A stretch of DNA of 64,000 bases from Eledone cirrhosa (lineage: Eukaryota): positions 145,452,001-145,516,000 of the forward strand of contig OZ024741.1 in NCBI GenBank assembly GCA_964016885.1, given 5' to 3'. Each line of letters opens with the position of its first letter. Positions within the stretch are counted from its first letter, which is position 1. Below are positions 36,725-50,046 of this stretch, piece by piece. Below the pieces are notes generated by a model that saw only the letters and a list, made by a program, of their open reading frames with translations, had not been told where the DNA came from and searched no databases. The translations under genes were made by a program, and so were the position numbers.

Positions 36725-37411
36725 ATCATCATCATCATCATCATCATCAGGTTTAGCGTCCGTGTTCCACGCTTGCATGGGTTTGGACGGGGGTTTACCC
36801 ACTTGAGGCAAGAGTGGTTGTCTTGCTCGCATAGGACTGTCTGGCGGGTTTTCTACAGTTGGATGCCCTTCCTAACACCAACCACATTTACAGTGTGGGG
36901 CTGGGAGGTTTTTACCGTGTTGCCTACACGGCCACATTACAGCGTGGACTGTCTGGCGGGTTTTCTACAGCTGGATGCCCTTCCTAACACCAACCACATT
37001 TACAGTGTGGGGCTGGGAGGTTTTTACCGTGTTGCCTACACGGCCACATTTACAGCGTGGACTGTGTGTTTTTTGTCGTGACACCTACACGATCTCATTT
37101 GTTTCGGCCTGGATGTTGTGGGACCAACATAACTTTACATTGAAAGGGGCGGTGTGGGTGGGGTGGAGGTGGTGGGACGGGGGTGTGTTTTGATAGAGAT
37201 GCCTACTGACTGTAGTAGGTTTTTACTTTGTATTTAGGTAAGGCGGGTCTTCTCTATTACTGAGTACCGCCAAAGGTCTCGGTCCAGTGACATTGTCTTG
37301 GAGAGGTGTAAGCGTGTGAGGTCAGAATTTATCAGCTCGTCCCATGTTTTTCTGGGTCTGCCTACTCCGTGGCTACCGTCTATCTTTATTGCCCTGCACT
37401 TTGTTATACAG

Positions 37412-37413
<2 letters not shown>
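36725..37413 (-). mobile_element. Young RTE LINE 3' end
   Basis: Near-identical to 13706-14373 and 1-360; (TGA)n tail; 5' end abuts (TA)n. Confidence 0.93.
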
Positions 37414-37453
<40 letters not shown>

Positions 37454-37454
37454 A

Positions 37455-38268
37455 TAAATTGTATACACCCACATATAATCCCGAACTTACTACTAGTAAC
37501 TAAATGTGTGTGTTCTGAATCATGGACTGGAGCTTAGGAAGTGCAAGTGCCATGAATTCATTAAGCGAGTGGGAAGGTTCAATGTACTAGCACAAACTCA
37601 GTTTGTCTAGTTTGATACACTTATATTCATTCTCCTTCGTAATGGATATACCCCTGATCGTTTGAATGTTTCTGTATTTCTTATATATTCTATATATTCA
37701 TGTTTATTTAATGTATTTTTAATATTAATTCAATGTATCATTCATTTCTGACTGTTAGTTTCTTTATATTCGAAGTGGAGAACTTTTCTGGTGCTACTTT
37801 CAAACTGTTTGAAATTTAACTGCCCTATTATGTGATTGGTTCTATATCTTGGGCCTACACATTCCTACATCTTTGGAAACCACATGATGACAGTGGCAGG
37901 TTAGAAGTGCTACTGCATCACTGGTAGACCCTTGCGATAAATGAGAAGGATCGCTCCCACTGATGAAATTCTGTGTTGATCCTGGCTGCGTCCATTCCTT
38001 CCAGATAATTCTGGATGTAATGCATGGCTTTTGCGTACTGGGTGCAATTATTGCACCGCAGTGATCAGGACATGGAATAAAAACCAACGGTTTCGTTTGG
38101 TCCAGGCTAAAATGTTTACACCTGCGCATATTCCTGAACTTACCCCTAATAACTAAATGTGTGTGCTCTGAATCACGGATTGGCGCTTTGAAGTGTAAGT
38201 ATGAATTCAATGGGCGAGTGGGAAAGTTCAACATACTAGCACAAACTCAGTTTGTCTAGTTCGATATA
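37455..38268. repeat. Diverged direct repeats of about 150 bp flanking about 490 bp; probable old PLE tandem pLTR
   Basis: gaacttac..taactaaatgtgtgtg..tctgaatca...gcgagtggga..gttcaa..tactagcacaaactcagtttgtctagtt at about 37480-37617 and 38133-38266. Confidence 0.7.
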
Positions 38269-38511
38269 TGTGTATTTTCATAAAACTTTTCTATGTTTAA
38301 ATCCTGCTTTCTTCTGCTAGGGGTTGTGATTGGAAGATACTATCAGCAATGGAAAGACAATGGAAACAGTAAACTAATAAACTAATTATAGCCCAGCTTT
38401 TAATATATTTCTGCCATCTTGATGACACTAATGCTAAAATATTAAGAGGGTGCTGCCAGGCCAAGGGCAACCTCTCTTAATTTATATAATACTAGCTCAT
38501 CGTTAAATAAT

Positions 38512-38630
38512 TGTTTCTACTTTTGGCACAAGGCCAGCAATTATCTCAGTGCATTACAGGTACTTTATTTTATCGACCCCGTAAGGATGAAAGGCAAAGT
38601 TAACCTAGCAAAGTTAACCTAGCAAAGTTA
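38512..38630 (-). mobile_element. 5'-truncated SINE with 18-bp TSD
   Basis: agctcatcgttaaataat at 38494-38511 and 38631-38648. Confidence 0.85.
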
Positions 38631-41600
38631 AGCTCATCGTTAAATAATGTTTGTCATTTATTTTTCAGTTACTTTTGCATGTATTTTGCATCTATTTGTA
38701 TAAAGAGGAAAAGATAGACTGTATGAAACAAAATCTTATCTTTCTGTTTGATAAACCTGATATTAATCTCGTAATACTCATATTATTAAATCTTTATTAT
38801 GACAACAAAATTTGGCAATGAAACAACTCTTCAAATTGCCTGCATTAATTAAGATGACAGAATTCACCTGAGGTTAAAAGGGGACTTATGAAACATATAT
38901 TAATCTTTTTGATACTAATCTGCTTGAAAGCAACCATGGTTTATTATACAAAATTGTCCATTTTAAAATGTGCATACTTATATTAGAACCTTTCATCATA
39001 ATTTTATTTCAGAAATTTTTGTCCCAGACATCAGTTCACTGATGAAGATTTAGTTATTTCATTAAATTTCTCCAAATTTTTATTATTTTCAAAATTCAAT
39101 TGAAACACATGCAATGTCTTTCATTAGAAATATGGTAATGAAACTACAGCAATCAAGTATGATATTATAGTATGTACCTTATATTCATTAAGGGTTTTAG
39201 ATGCCAATTCAGTTGTGAGCAGATACAAACAGAGGGAAAGAAGTTCCTATCATATATACTTAAATATAAGCTGACGAAAAAAATTATGCTAAAATGGGAC
39301 CAGCTTATATCCAAGGTCAATATTTTGGCGATTTTCACCAACTTGAAATTCTACAGAAATAAGGTGTTAAAGTATCTGGAGTGATACATTTACTATATCA
39401 TTATGAGTTTTATTTATATATTACCTTAAGAATATTCCCAACAAATTTTTATTATTTGAACTTTTTAATACATAAATATCCCCTACACATATACTCATAG
39501 ATGTACACACATGTGCTGTTTTTCTCTGTGACTTAATTATAATTTTTTTTTCAATCTTATTTCTTTTACGTCCCTCACTCTCTCTCCCCCTTATCTTGCT
39601 CCTGTGCTCACTTTTTCTAGTTCTGCCTCTGCTCTATCTCGCTTTATAAAACTTTATAAAATGGATGAAATAGTAAAGAAGTCATTACGTAGTGAATTTG
39701 TGAAACAAAAACTATACTCTAAATGACACTTAAAATATTTTAAATATCAAAATATTAAAACTTCATAAATATTTTTTTCCTCTCATGAGGATTTCAAAAC
39801 CCTGTCATAATATGTTGATTAGCTGCCTTGGATTTTTGCCCATTTCTAAGCTATAAAATAAGGGGGAGGGGGTCAGCTTATATTCGATTATATATGGTGA
39901 GTCTACACAGCATTTAGTTTCATTCTTTCAGGAAGTGTCGCTTTTAAATTGCTTACACTCGCAAGATTTACAAATAAAACATCATCACCATCATCAAGGC
40001 AATGAATTGGAAGAGATATTAGTGCAACAAATTAAATTCCTTGATATTTGTTCAGGCCACTGCACTGAGTTCAAATCACACGAAGGTCAATTCTTTTTCT
40101 ATAACTCTTTCTTACTTGCTCTCTCTCCTTTGGAAGACATTAGCTGTGTTCAGGCCTGGAGAGAGCTGGACTCCACTGGGTTTAAAATGCCTGAGATACA
40201 TTGTGTGCCAGAACAGCGACCTTTCCTTTCCATTACCATCATCATTATCATCAATGTCACTGTCACCACCACCATCTTCAATAACACCAAGGAAGGGCAC
40301 ATTAGATGATGCATGCCTCAAGATAGCAAATCATATAATGCTTATGGCTACAGCACAGCTGAACTGTGGCTAAATAACAACAAAAAGGTACAAAAACTAG
40401 TCTTATGATTCACTGATGCCTAAATAATAGGCATGGTTGTGTGGTTAAGGAATTTGCTACATTACATGATTTTAGATTCAGTCCCACTATGTAGCACCTT
40501 GAGCAAGTAACTTTTATTATAGTCTTTAGTTGACCAATGTCTTGTGAGTGAAATTTGGTAATCAGAAACTGTACAGAAACTCATTATGTGTATGAGAGGG
40601 GGATGTCAGCATTTATGATTACTGTTTATGACCTGTAACATAGCAGTTCAAGAAAAAGAGATCAATAAATTATATACTGGAGTTGATATGATCAACTAAA
40701 TTCCTTCAAGGCTGTGTCCCAGTTTGGTCATATTCTAATGACTGAAACCAATAAAATAATAAAATAATGCATGAACCCACAACTGACAACATTTTGATTT
40801 GAACTTTATTTTACTGTCCCGGGAAGGATGACACATGCAAAGTTGAACTTGGTAAGATTTGAAACCATAACATAAAGAGTGAGAACAAATGCCACATTTC
40901 TGTCTAAATATTCTGTAAATTATTATTGTCATAGTAATAATAATACTATCATCATTACCATTTAATATCTATGGTTTCTAATTGAAGCAATTTGGGGAAG
41001 AGAGGAAGGTTGGTTAAAATGATCCTATTACTTGACTAGTAATTTATGATGACAGGCAAAGTTGACCTCAGAGGGATTTAAACCCAGTACATTAAAGAGC
41101 TGGAACAAAGTATTTTTTCTGTTGCTCTAACAATTCTGCCAATCCACAGTTATTATTGTTATTGTTGATGCTGGTGCTGAAATCTTAATTCTAATTGCAG
41201 AAAGCCATTGTTCTTGATGCAATATTTTAGAAAGGTTAAAAATATGGAAAAAGATCAAACCAAGTAGAAACAGTTAGAGACTGAATTCTCATATGCAAAA
41301 TACAGGAAAAATCATTGAAACTGATAATTTCTAAGCCTATTATATAAAGGAATAGGAAATATAAACAAAGAATAGCAAACACACTCCACATCCGAATTAC
41401 CAATATATGTGTGTCGGCAAGTTCAACAATTCAAAAGGGTTATGAGGGCATGGAAGTGTTTATTGATTGTCATTTTAGATGTAATATCAACAGCTGGATC
41501 ATTTGAGTTCTTCTTCCAATTATAGCTTGGCAGAAGTCCAATGTAAAAAGGAGTTATTTAATGATAGAAGAAAATCTTGAAATGGAGATTATCTGATTTC

Positions 41601-41702
41601 AATAGAACGCAAATTATATCTGTGATTGAAGTATGATCATTAACACAGCTGCCATTAAACTACATAGCATTTCAAATTTTCCATCACTTCCCCACAAAAA
41701 AA

Positions 41703-41761
<59 letters not shown>

Positions 41762-43244
41762 CATGCACACATGCACACACACACATACACACACACACAC
41801 ACACGTATACCCCCCACCCCCCACACACACATACACATACACACAGACAGACAGAAAAAGAGAGGGTGAGGAGCGATTCAGGAAAGATGTCTATGTTAAT
41901 CACAGGCTCATTATTATCCCAATTTCTGTGCCTGCTGCCTTTTAGTGTTGAGGATATATCCATAGATCTGTCGATATAAACCATTACAGCAAAATATCAA
42001 ATCAAATAACTGATATCAACTATTACATGAGATATACAATGGAACAGGTGATAAAAACTTTTGGTATTAAATATTCAATAAAAACAGCAGACAGAAACTA
42101 TTGACTATCTATTGGTAGTGATCATCAAAACAACAGCAAGAAAAAATAAACAACCTTTGTCTCCTTGCTCTCCTTCCTTTAATAATTCCTTTCATTCATT
42201 ATCTATTGAAGTGTAAGTTTGACTACAAATATATGTTTGAAACTTTATCCTTGTATTAAAACCTTCCTTCATGATTTTACTTTAGAAATGTTTGTGAACT
42301 AATGTTCCAAATATCAGTTTACTAATGAAAATGTTAGTTATTTTAAGCTCCTCCAAATTGTTGGTTATTTTCAGAGTTAATTGGAACACATGGACAATCT
42401 ATTTAATTAGAAGTCTATAAATGAGAGGATTAATGTCCACGCCATTGCTATCTTGATTATTTTATCATCTATCATTTCATGTAAGCACAAGTCTACCTTC
42501 TCACCATCTACTCAAACTTTTAATTTATCACCTTAGCATAAGGAATCTCTTTTCTGCTCTCCATTACATCCTCACTGTATGTATTTTCATTTGTGAGTCC
42601 CAATATTATCAAAACTGATAAAACCAGTTCCCTCAAACTTTTTACCAATGAAAAAAACATTTATGGAAAAAAAATGACCGGGGAGAGAAAACATTATTGG
42701 AGTTCAAAACATCATAGAAATTCTAAAACTACAGTATTAGGCAACAAGACACTATGTGTGCTCTTAATAGATTAGTCATCATTGTCCTTACCGATGATCA
42801 GATTCACTTACCACTGCTTACATCCATTTAATTTTTGATTAATTTAATGTTGAAGATCTCTCTCTTGTCTTGTGTGACAACTTATTAATTCTAATGATTT
42901 ATCATTGTGGGTGTAATCCTATCACCATTCTCATTTAATATCTGTCTTTTCTGCTAGCAAGTGTTGGACATGTGATCTTGCAGTCAACATAGTACTTTCT
43001 ATCATAGCACCAACAATAAGAAGGTTGTCATGTCTTTGATTAATAATTATTTTTAGCTCAATTCATTGAATATATTAGCCAAAACTTAACTATATATTCT
43101 TCATGGAAAGTATATATATATAGAACATTTTCCAATGTCATTATTTAAATATTGGTCAAGCATAAGTTATAGTTTAGAAGGCAGTTTTGGAGGAAGTGTC
43201 ATCTGATGTTTTGTTTCATAACTCTATATTATTAGTGGCAATGG

Positions 43245-43560
43245 AGGTGCATGGCTTAGTTGTTAGGTTATTCAACTCATGATCATAAGGGTATGAGTTT
43301 AGTTTCTGATGGTACATTATGTCCTTGAGCAAGGCACTTTATTTCCTATTGCTCCAGTCCACTTCGCTGATAGAAATGAGTTGCACCTATAATTCAAAGG
43401 GCCAGCTTTGTCACACACTATGTCACACTGAATTTCCATGAGAAATATTTTAAGGGTGATTGCATCTGTGAAATGTTCAGCCACTTGCACATTAATTTCA
43501 CAAGCAGGTTGTTCCATTGTTTGAGCAATTGGTACATTTTTTGTTGGAACTATTGAAGGT
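43245..43560 (+). mobile_element. tRNA-derived SINE
   Basis: TGGCTTAGTTGTTAG head and ccttgagcaaggcactttattt core; the body is also present inverted at 23800-23980. Confidence 0.7.
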
Positions 43561-45769
43561 CCAATGCAACACGCTACTATATACTAGTGACATATGTTGT
43601 TTGTTGTTAAAGGATGTACTATTGTGCTCAACCTGCTATTCCGTTATATCTATAAATATACAAACTTTATGCTGTCTCTATATATGATACAACTTCAACC
43701 TGATTTAATCATTTCTGAGTGTGTTATTAGATTTGAAAACAAATTATTATAGTCAGATTATATCAGGATACTGCAGGAATGAAATTATTATACAGAAAAT
43801 TCATCATTCTCTGGTGAATTTGTGAGTGACACACCCAGAATAATATACATCAATGTATACAAGTTTGGTTAAGAAAACTAGTAGAAATCATATACTGTCA
43901 AAATTTATACTAAAGTAAGAAATTAGCATAACGTTAATTTACATACCAAACAGATACCAGTCCAGAAATGACAATTATTGTACTAAAGTTCCAAATCATA
44001 AAAGATATGATGGTGGTGGTGTTTGACATCATTGTGGTAGTAATGATGATGATAATGATGACAATAAAATTAATGAAGGGGTGGAGGAAGATAATGCCAT
44101 GATGATGATGATGGTGAAGAGGAGGAAGAAGAGAGGTTGACAACAATGCTCTGCTGGTACTCTAGATGATGATGATGTAATGATGGCGATGATGGTGACA
44201 TTGATAATTTATCTGGTTAAAAATTGAATTTACAAACATGGCTTGTCCTTTCCTGCTATTATCAAGTAGGCCTCTGAGACAGATAAGATGAAATATATAG
44301 CAATAAGACTACTTCAAAGTTAAAAATCACCATGTTCCTTCTACTAAACTTATCTTCAAATAAAATTAATATTTTCATTGGAGGAAGATGGGGAGGAATA
44401 TGACAGTAATTGGAAACAATCTCTATCTGGAACTCAATTTAAAACTAGAATTAATACTTTCACTTATATATCTAGTAATGGCTTTGAAAATAAGTGAAAT
44501 TTCTATATATTTTTAGGTTGTGAAACTGCTCTGCTAGTAGCAATGACTTATTCACCAATTTATTATGCATACAGAACTTATGGCATATTAGGAATATAAA
44601 CTATATGTGTTGAGATAGATAATCATGAAGTGTAAAAAAGTTTTAATTCTGAGGTAGATGACAAGAAATATGTAGAAACTATTAATCTAAATATCAAAAA
44701 CGTTAATGTTGAATGGAATCAGAGTAATATACCCAAGAATTAAAAAAAAACCATAATTTTCATACTTATAAAATGTAAGCCCTCGTAGAGGATTAAAACA
44801 TGCACCATTCATATACTGAAGCTCCTATCACTAAGTTATCATTATCCCTACACATTGTGGATTTCTTCTAATGTAAGAAGCCAATGCACTGTAAAAATGG
44901 TACAACTAGAGTATTTTGTTTTGTATGTTCTGAGTTGAAATGACAAGGCGCTGATGATTAAAGGGAAACAGAGAGGACTCTTTAATGTTATTGGGAACAA
45001 CACACCCTCTCTAGTAGTGGGGCAACCACAATGAAAGGCACCAAGTACACACTGCATAGTGGCTATTGATCAAACAGAGACAACACAGGATAGAGAGGGC
45101 TCTTTACTCTTGATGAGGATATGGCAATAGCTCTTAGTGATAGTACTGTGATAAAATGCACCCAGTACACACTGTAAAGTGCTTGGTGTTAGAAAGGATC
45201 TTCAACTGTAGAAACCATGGAAAAATTGAAATTAAACTGTTGAAAATGTTTTTTAATTAAGCATTGAAAACATTTACCAGTACAGCCCTGATCCATTTTA
45301 CACTACTGCCAAATGTACAAATAACAGAACATAACTACTACATTTTTATTCTGAGGATGAGGCTATGTTCCAAAGCAAACATAAAGCATTAATAAGGAAA
45401 TATGAAAAATCGATTATAAAAAATACCAACCTTCAACACAATTGTATTTTTAATATAAAAGAAAACCTGTTCCCTTTGCTATAATATAGCACTCCTGTTG
45501 ATCTATTTAATAGAAATTGTCTTTTACAGAATATTGGATTTGTAAGTTCATTCCATGTGTTCGTATTCTTTTGTCTTCAGCCAAGATGATGGGTAGTGAC
45601 ACTTTAGAAAAACTAAAGAGAAATGAAGAGGAGAGCCATGGGGTGATAATTGTTGAAAATGTCAAATATCGATGATTCGAATTTTAGCAACAGAACTACT
45701 TGGCTTGAACTTTTATTAGTATTTTTAGATTGGCTGACATATGTTCTCTGTGTTTACAATGTGTGATAA

Positions 45770-46290
45770 ATAGTATGTGTGTGTGTGTACTGTAGTAAGC
45801 AGTCCAGAGATTCATGATAACCCATTGCGAAATACTAATAAGACTTGCTTCAGCCAACAAAAGGTTTCTCCCTATGTACAAAAATATGGCTGTATGATCC
45901 CTGTGAGTAAAGGCAATACTGCATGTTAGTGAAACATGGGCAGTGACTGCATAGGCAGGAAAGAAAGGCAGTTACCATGCCTCCTTGGATGTATGATCTA
46001 AATGTGAGACAAAAGTAGAGCCTGGATGAACTGAAGGAGAAATTGGGTTTAAGAGGAATCTGAAGTGGTGTATTAGAGAATTGACTGCATTGGTACAGAC
46101 ATGTAATGCACATGGATGATGACCATTTGGTGAAGAATTACCAGAAAATCCCAGTGGCAGTATCTGCAATAAAGGTAGAACAAGGATAACCTGGGCAGAA
46201 GTGGTCAGAGGTGATCTTATATCACTGTGAATCACAGAGGGAATGATGAAAGAGTGTAATGAATGGAAAAATGCTGTGATGTTTATCACA
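45770..46290 (+). mobile_element. Old RTE 3' fragment
   Basis: Decayed homolog of KGFSL...LYD...MLHGSE...RLRWY..V. Confidence 0.7.
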
Positions 46291-46829
46291 GAAATAAACA
46301 GGTGAAAAACTCTAGAGAAACCAAACTCATATAGCCTTGATAAAATTAATATTTAAACACTAATTCGGTATTGAGTACACTTTTCTCTTAGCCATCAACC
46401 ATATAAGGTTATATATATATATATACACACATATATATAAAATATATTAAACTTAAGCCAAAATCTCAATTTGGTATGATATATGCTAGATTGACTAAAA
46501 TAAGTCAGTTTTACTCGTATAGTTCCCTGCCCATGATTTCTGGAATTCAAAAAACAACACTAATTATTCCAAGACATTGGAATAACCAATATTGGAAAAA
46601 TTGCAATTCTGTCATTTGGAGGAGAATTCTTTAGAATGAGAGAAGTTGAATACACATCATACACACCATGTTGTTGCCAAACCACATGGTGTCAAAATAG
46701 ATATTCTGGCTTAAGTTTAATATATTTTATCACTTCTCTGAGTCGATAATTTTATATATCTTATTCTTTCATTGAGACAGTTAACTTTGAGACAGTTAAC
46801 TTTATAAATTAACATATATATACTTTACT

Positions 46830-47130
46830 TTTGAAATTGTTTTGTAAGATTTCTGATCTGAGAACGTGTGTTGAAACAGATATTGTTATACTTTGGGAGG
46901 GTCATGTTACCAATAAAAACACATGCACCTGTTTGTTTTCACTTCAATTTATTATAAATTTATGGTTGGTTAGTTGGTTCAATAACTGGATGGTTGTTTA
47001 TATATTATCAAAGCTCTTTTGTCACACATTCTGTGAACTCCTCAGTGATTGGGTTTTTATTTTGTGTCTCTCCTTAGTTCTGTCCTACACCATGTTGTTT
47101 TTGTGTGTTGTGTCAACACACAAAAGCAAG
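46830..47130 (-). mobile_element. Older solo copy of the 34200-34500 PLE pLTR/5' region with an inactivated hammerhead (47007-47049)
   Basis: Aligns to 34215-34500; hammerhead GAAA mutated to AAAA. Confidence 0.8.
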
Positions 47131-48387
47131 CTGAAATAGTTATAACTATTTCATCTGATGAATGAGTCGAACGTTTCTGTAAGGATCGTCTAGTTTCCTG
47201 AAACCTTTGATAATGGAATAATTATAATGTGTTGTTTATTATGTAATTATATATATATATATATATATGGGGGGGGGGGCGGTCATGCTGCCTATAAAAG
47301 TACATGCATCAGTTTTATTTTAAGTCAGGTAACTAAGGCAGAGGTTACTAGGTAAAATTGGCACTATCAATAGAGCATTGGACAACATGCTTTGTGTTAT
47401 AAAGTTACAGCCCTTTATGTTTCAAATCCTTCCAAAATTATCTTTCGTTTTCATCCCTTATAGAGTTGATAAAATAAAATACCAAACATGTTTGAGATTG
47501 ATTTTATTGACTCTCCCCACCAAAAAAAAAAAAGTAATAAAAAATTATTGGCCTTGTGCCTAAATTAGAAACCATTATTGGTCAGGTAACTAGTCCATTT
47601 CTTGGTTAGTTTAGTAATTAGATGGTTATTTAATTATATGTTTAACTCATTAGCATTTAAACCAGCCATATCTAGCCAGAATTTTCTGACCTGTTTCTGT
47701 TCAAACCGGCTGTAACTGACCACTCATACTGATGTTGTTAAGGCATTGTTCTCAAAATACATAATATCAAAATCTCGTAGATTCGATACAATGTGTAACA
47801 AAAGAATTTTGACAAATAACCATCCATTTGCTAAACTTGAGGTGAAACTTAACTGGCAGCATGACCATCCTAAAGTATAACAATATGTTTCATCATAGTT
47901 TTATTTACCAAGAATCTTTCAAAACAAATATATGAACGGACTGTATACATATATTTGAAAACAAAAAGTACTGCTGTCACTTGCAAATAAATAAGACTTT
48001 ATAGTATTTATTGTGTTTTTCTAAATGGTTTTAGTGCCCATGCAGTCACAAACACCTTCTTGATTCTTTCCCTTGATCCAGCGAAACACCCAAATTGTGA
48101 CAACTGGATGGATAGAGGACTGCACTAGCACTGGGCTAGTACTTTCTTTATCAACCCAAAAATGATGAAAGGTAAAGTAATCATCATCATCATCATCATC
48201 ATTTCATTTTACGTCCACTTTTCCCTGCTTGCAAGGGTGGGACGGGAACTGATTCTGGCTTGATTTCTACAGCTGGATGCCCTTCCTAACACCAACCTCA
48301 TTTACAGTGAGTGCTGGGTGCTTTTTTGCCGTGGCACCTCCACGACCACTTTGCAGTGGAATGATAGGGACCCCAGTCCCTATCGTC

Positions 48388-48530
48388 TCATTTCTACAGC
48401 TGAGTAAACTGGAGCAATGTGAAATAAAGTGTCTTGCTCAAGGAAACAACACATCACCCGGTCTAAGAATTGAACTCACAACCTTTCGATTGCAAGCCCA
48501 ATGCTCTAACCACTAAGCCATGTGCATCCA
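48388..48530 (-). mobile_element. tRNA-derived SINE
   Basis: TGGCTTAGTGG A box, GAGTTCAATTC B box, ccttgagcaagacacttta core. Confidence 0.75.
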
Positions 48531-49207
48531 TACTAATACTTTTAATAAATATCTAATGCCCTAACAAATTAAAAAAGTAAAGAGCCCCTTCAGTCATGAA
48601 TGACCATGTGTTTTGCACCTAGAAAGTTTACCTCTAATGCACAAGCCCAAGCAAGTTGTTTTTTGTGGCAGACTAATACTCACCCATGCATACCTGTCTT
48701 CCCTCTCCATGCCACCAATGTTGTCCAAAGAAAAAACAAAGGCTGATACAGCTTTAAACCAGTGACATCGCAACTCACTTTTACACTTATGGTGAAATAA
48801 AGTGCCTTGTTCAAGGACACAATATACTACCCAGTCCTAGAATCAAACTTTCAGACTAATGGTTGTAAATCAAATGCTTTAACAACAGAACGATATGCCT
48901 TTATTATGTCCTAACAACTATATATATATATATGTAATGTGCTGTGCAATGATTCTGTGATTCTGTCCATGAAATTCTACTGAGGAGGCATAAACAAACC
49001 AAAGGCTATCATAGAAGACATTTATTGAGTTGCAACAGTATAGGTTATAGAATTTCACTCCAGACCCACATGAGTTTGAAGTGAGCTTCTTTACCACACA
49101 GCCATGTCTGGCAGTCAGTTTTTAAAGCAGATAGCTTTTTAAGCAATTTTTTTTAATATAGTCTCAGAAATATGCTGAATACTTTCATTTCAGAGAGAGA
49201 GAGAGAG

Positions 49208-49240
<33 letters not shown>

Positions 49241-49589
49241 AACATAACATAAAAGATAAGAATAAATCTTTGATGAGAGATAGGAAAAAAGAAAGATGTG
49301 TGTGCTAAGGGAAGTTGAAGTAGTGAATGTTATAAAGGAAAATCAATAAAACACAAACAGATTTATACAACAAATTAAAAAAATTAAATAAATAAAAATG
49401 TGAGATGGCTACACAGTATGGACATTGCAATTTTAACTGGCATAATAATACTCCTTCTATATAAAATGTTTAAAAATTATGAAATTTTTAAACAGAACTC
49501 AACTCTGCATAATGTTTTAGAATATATATATGTATGTATGTGTTGTGATGCCTGCGCGTGCATCTGCATCCATAATGATACTGTGCATA

Positions 49590-49603
49590 CATACATATAT
49601 GTA

Positions 49604-49653
<50 letters not shown>

Positions 49654-49706
49654 CATGTGTATATATATATATACATCTATATATACATATATGTATGTGT
49701 ATATAT

Positions 49707-49793
<87 letters not shown>

Positions 49794-49839
49794 CATATAT
49801 GTATATATACATACATATATGTATATATATACATACATG

Positions 49840-49873
<34 letters not shown>
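49590..49873. repeat. Compound (TA)n/(CA)n/(TG)n microsatellite
   Basis: Direct inspection. Confidence 0.95.
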
Positions 49874-49876
<3 letters not shown>

Positions 49877-50046
49877 TCATCATCATCATCATCATCATTT
49901 AACGTCCATGGTCCACGCTTGCATGGGTTTGTACGGGAGTTTTCCCACTTGAGGCAAGAGTGGTTGTCTTGCTCGCATAGGACTGTCTGGCGGGTTTTCT
50001 ACAGCTGGATGCCCTTCCTAACACCAACCACATTTACAGTGTGGGA
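49874..50046 (-). mobile_element. Very short RTE 3' end inside (TA)n
   Basis: Matches 36725-36900. Confidence 0.9.

Noticed and set aside
48440-48530. tRNA gene
   Set aside because: A/B boxes are followed by a SINE core with no acceptor stem; multiple diverged copies exist.
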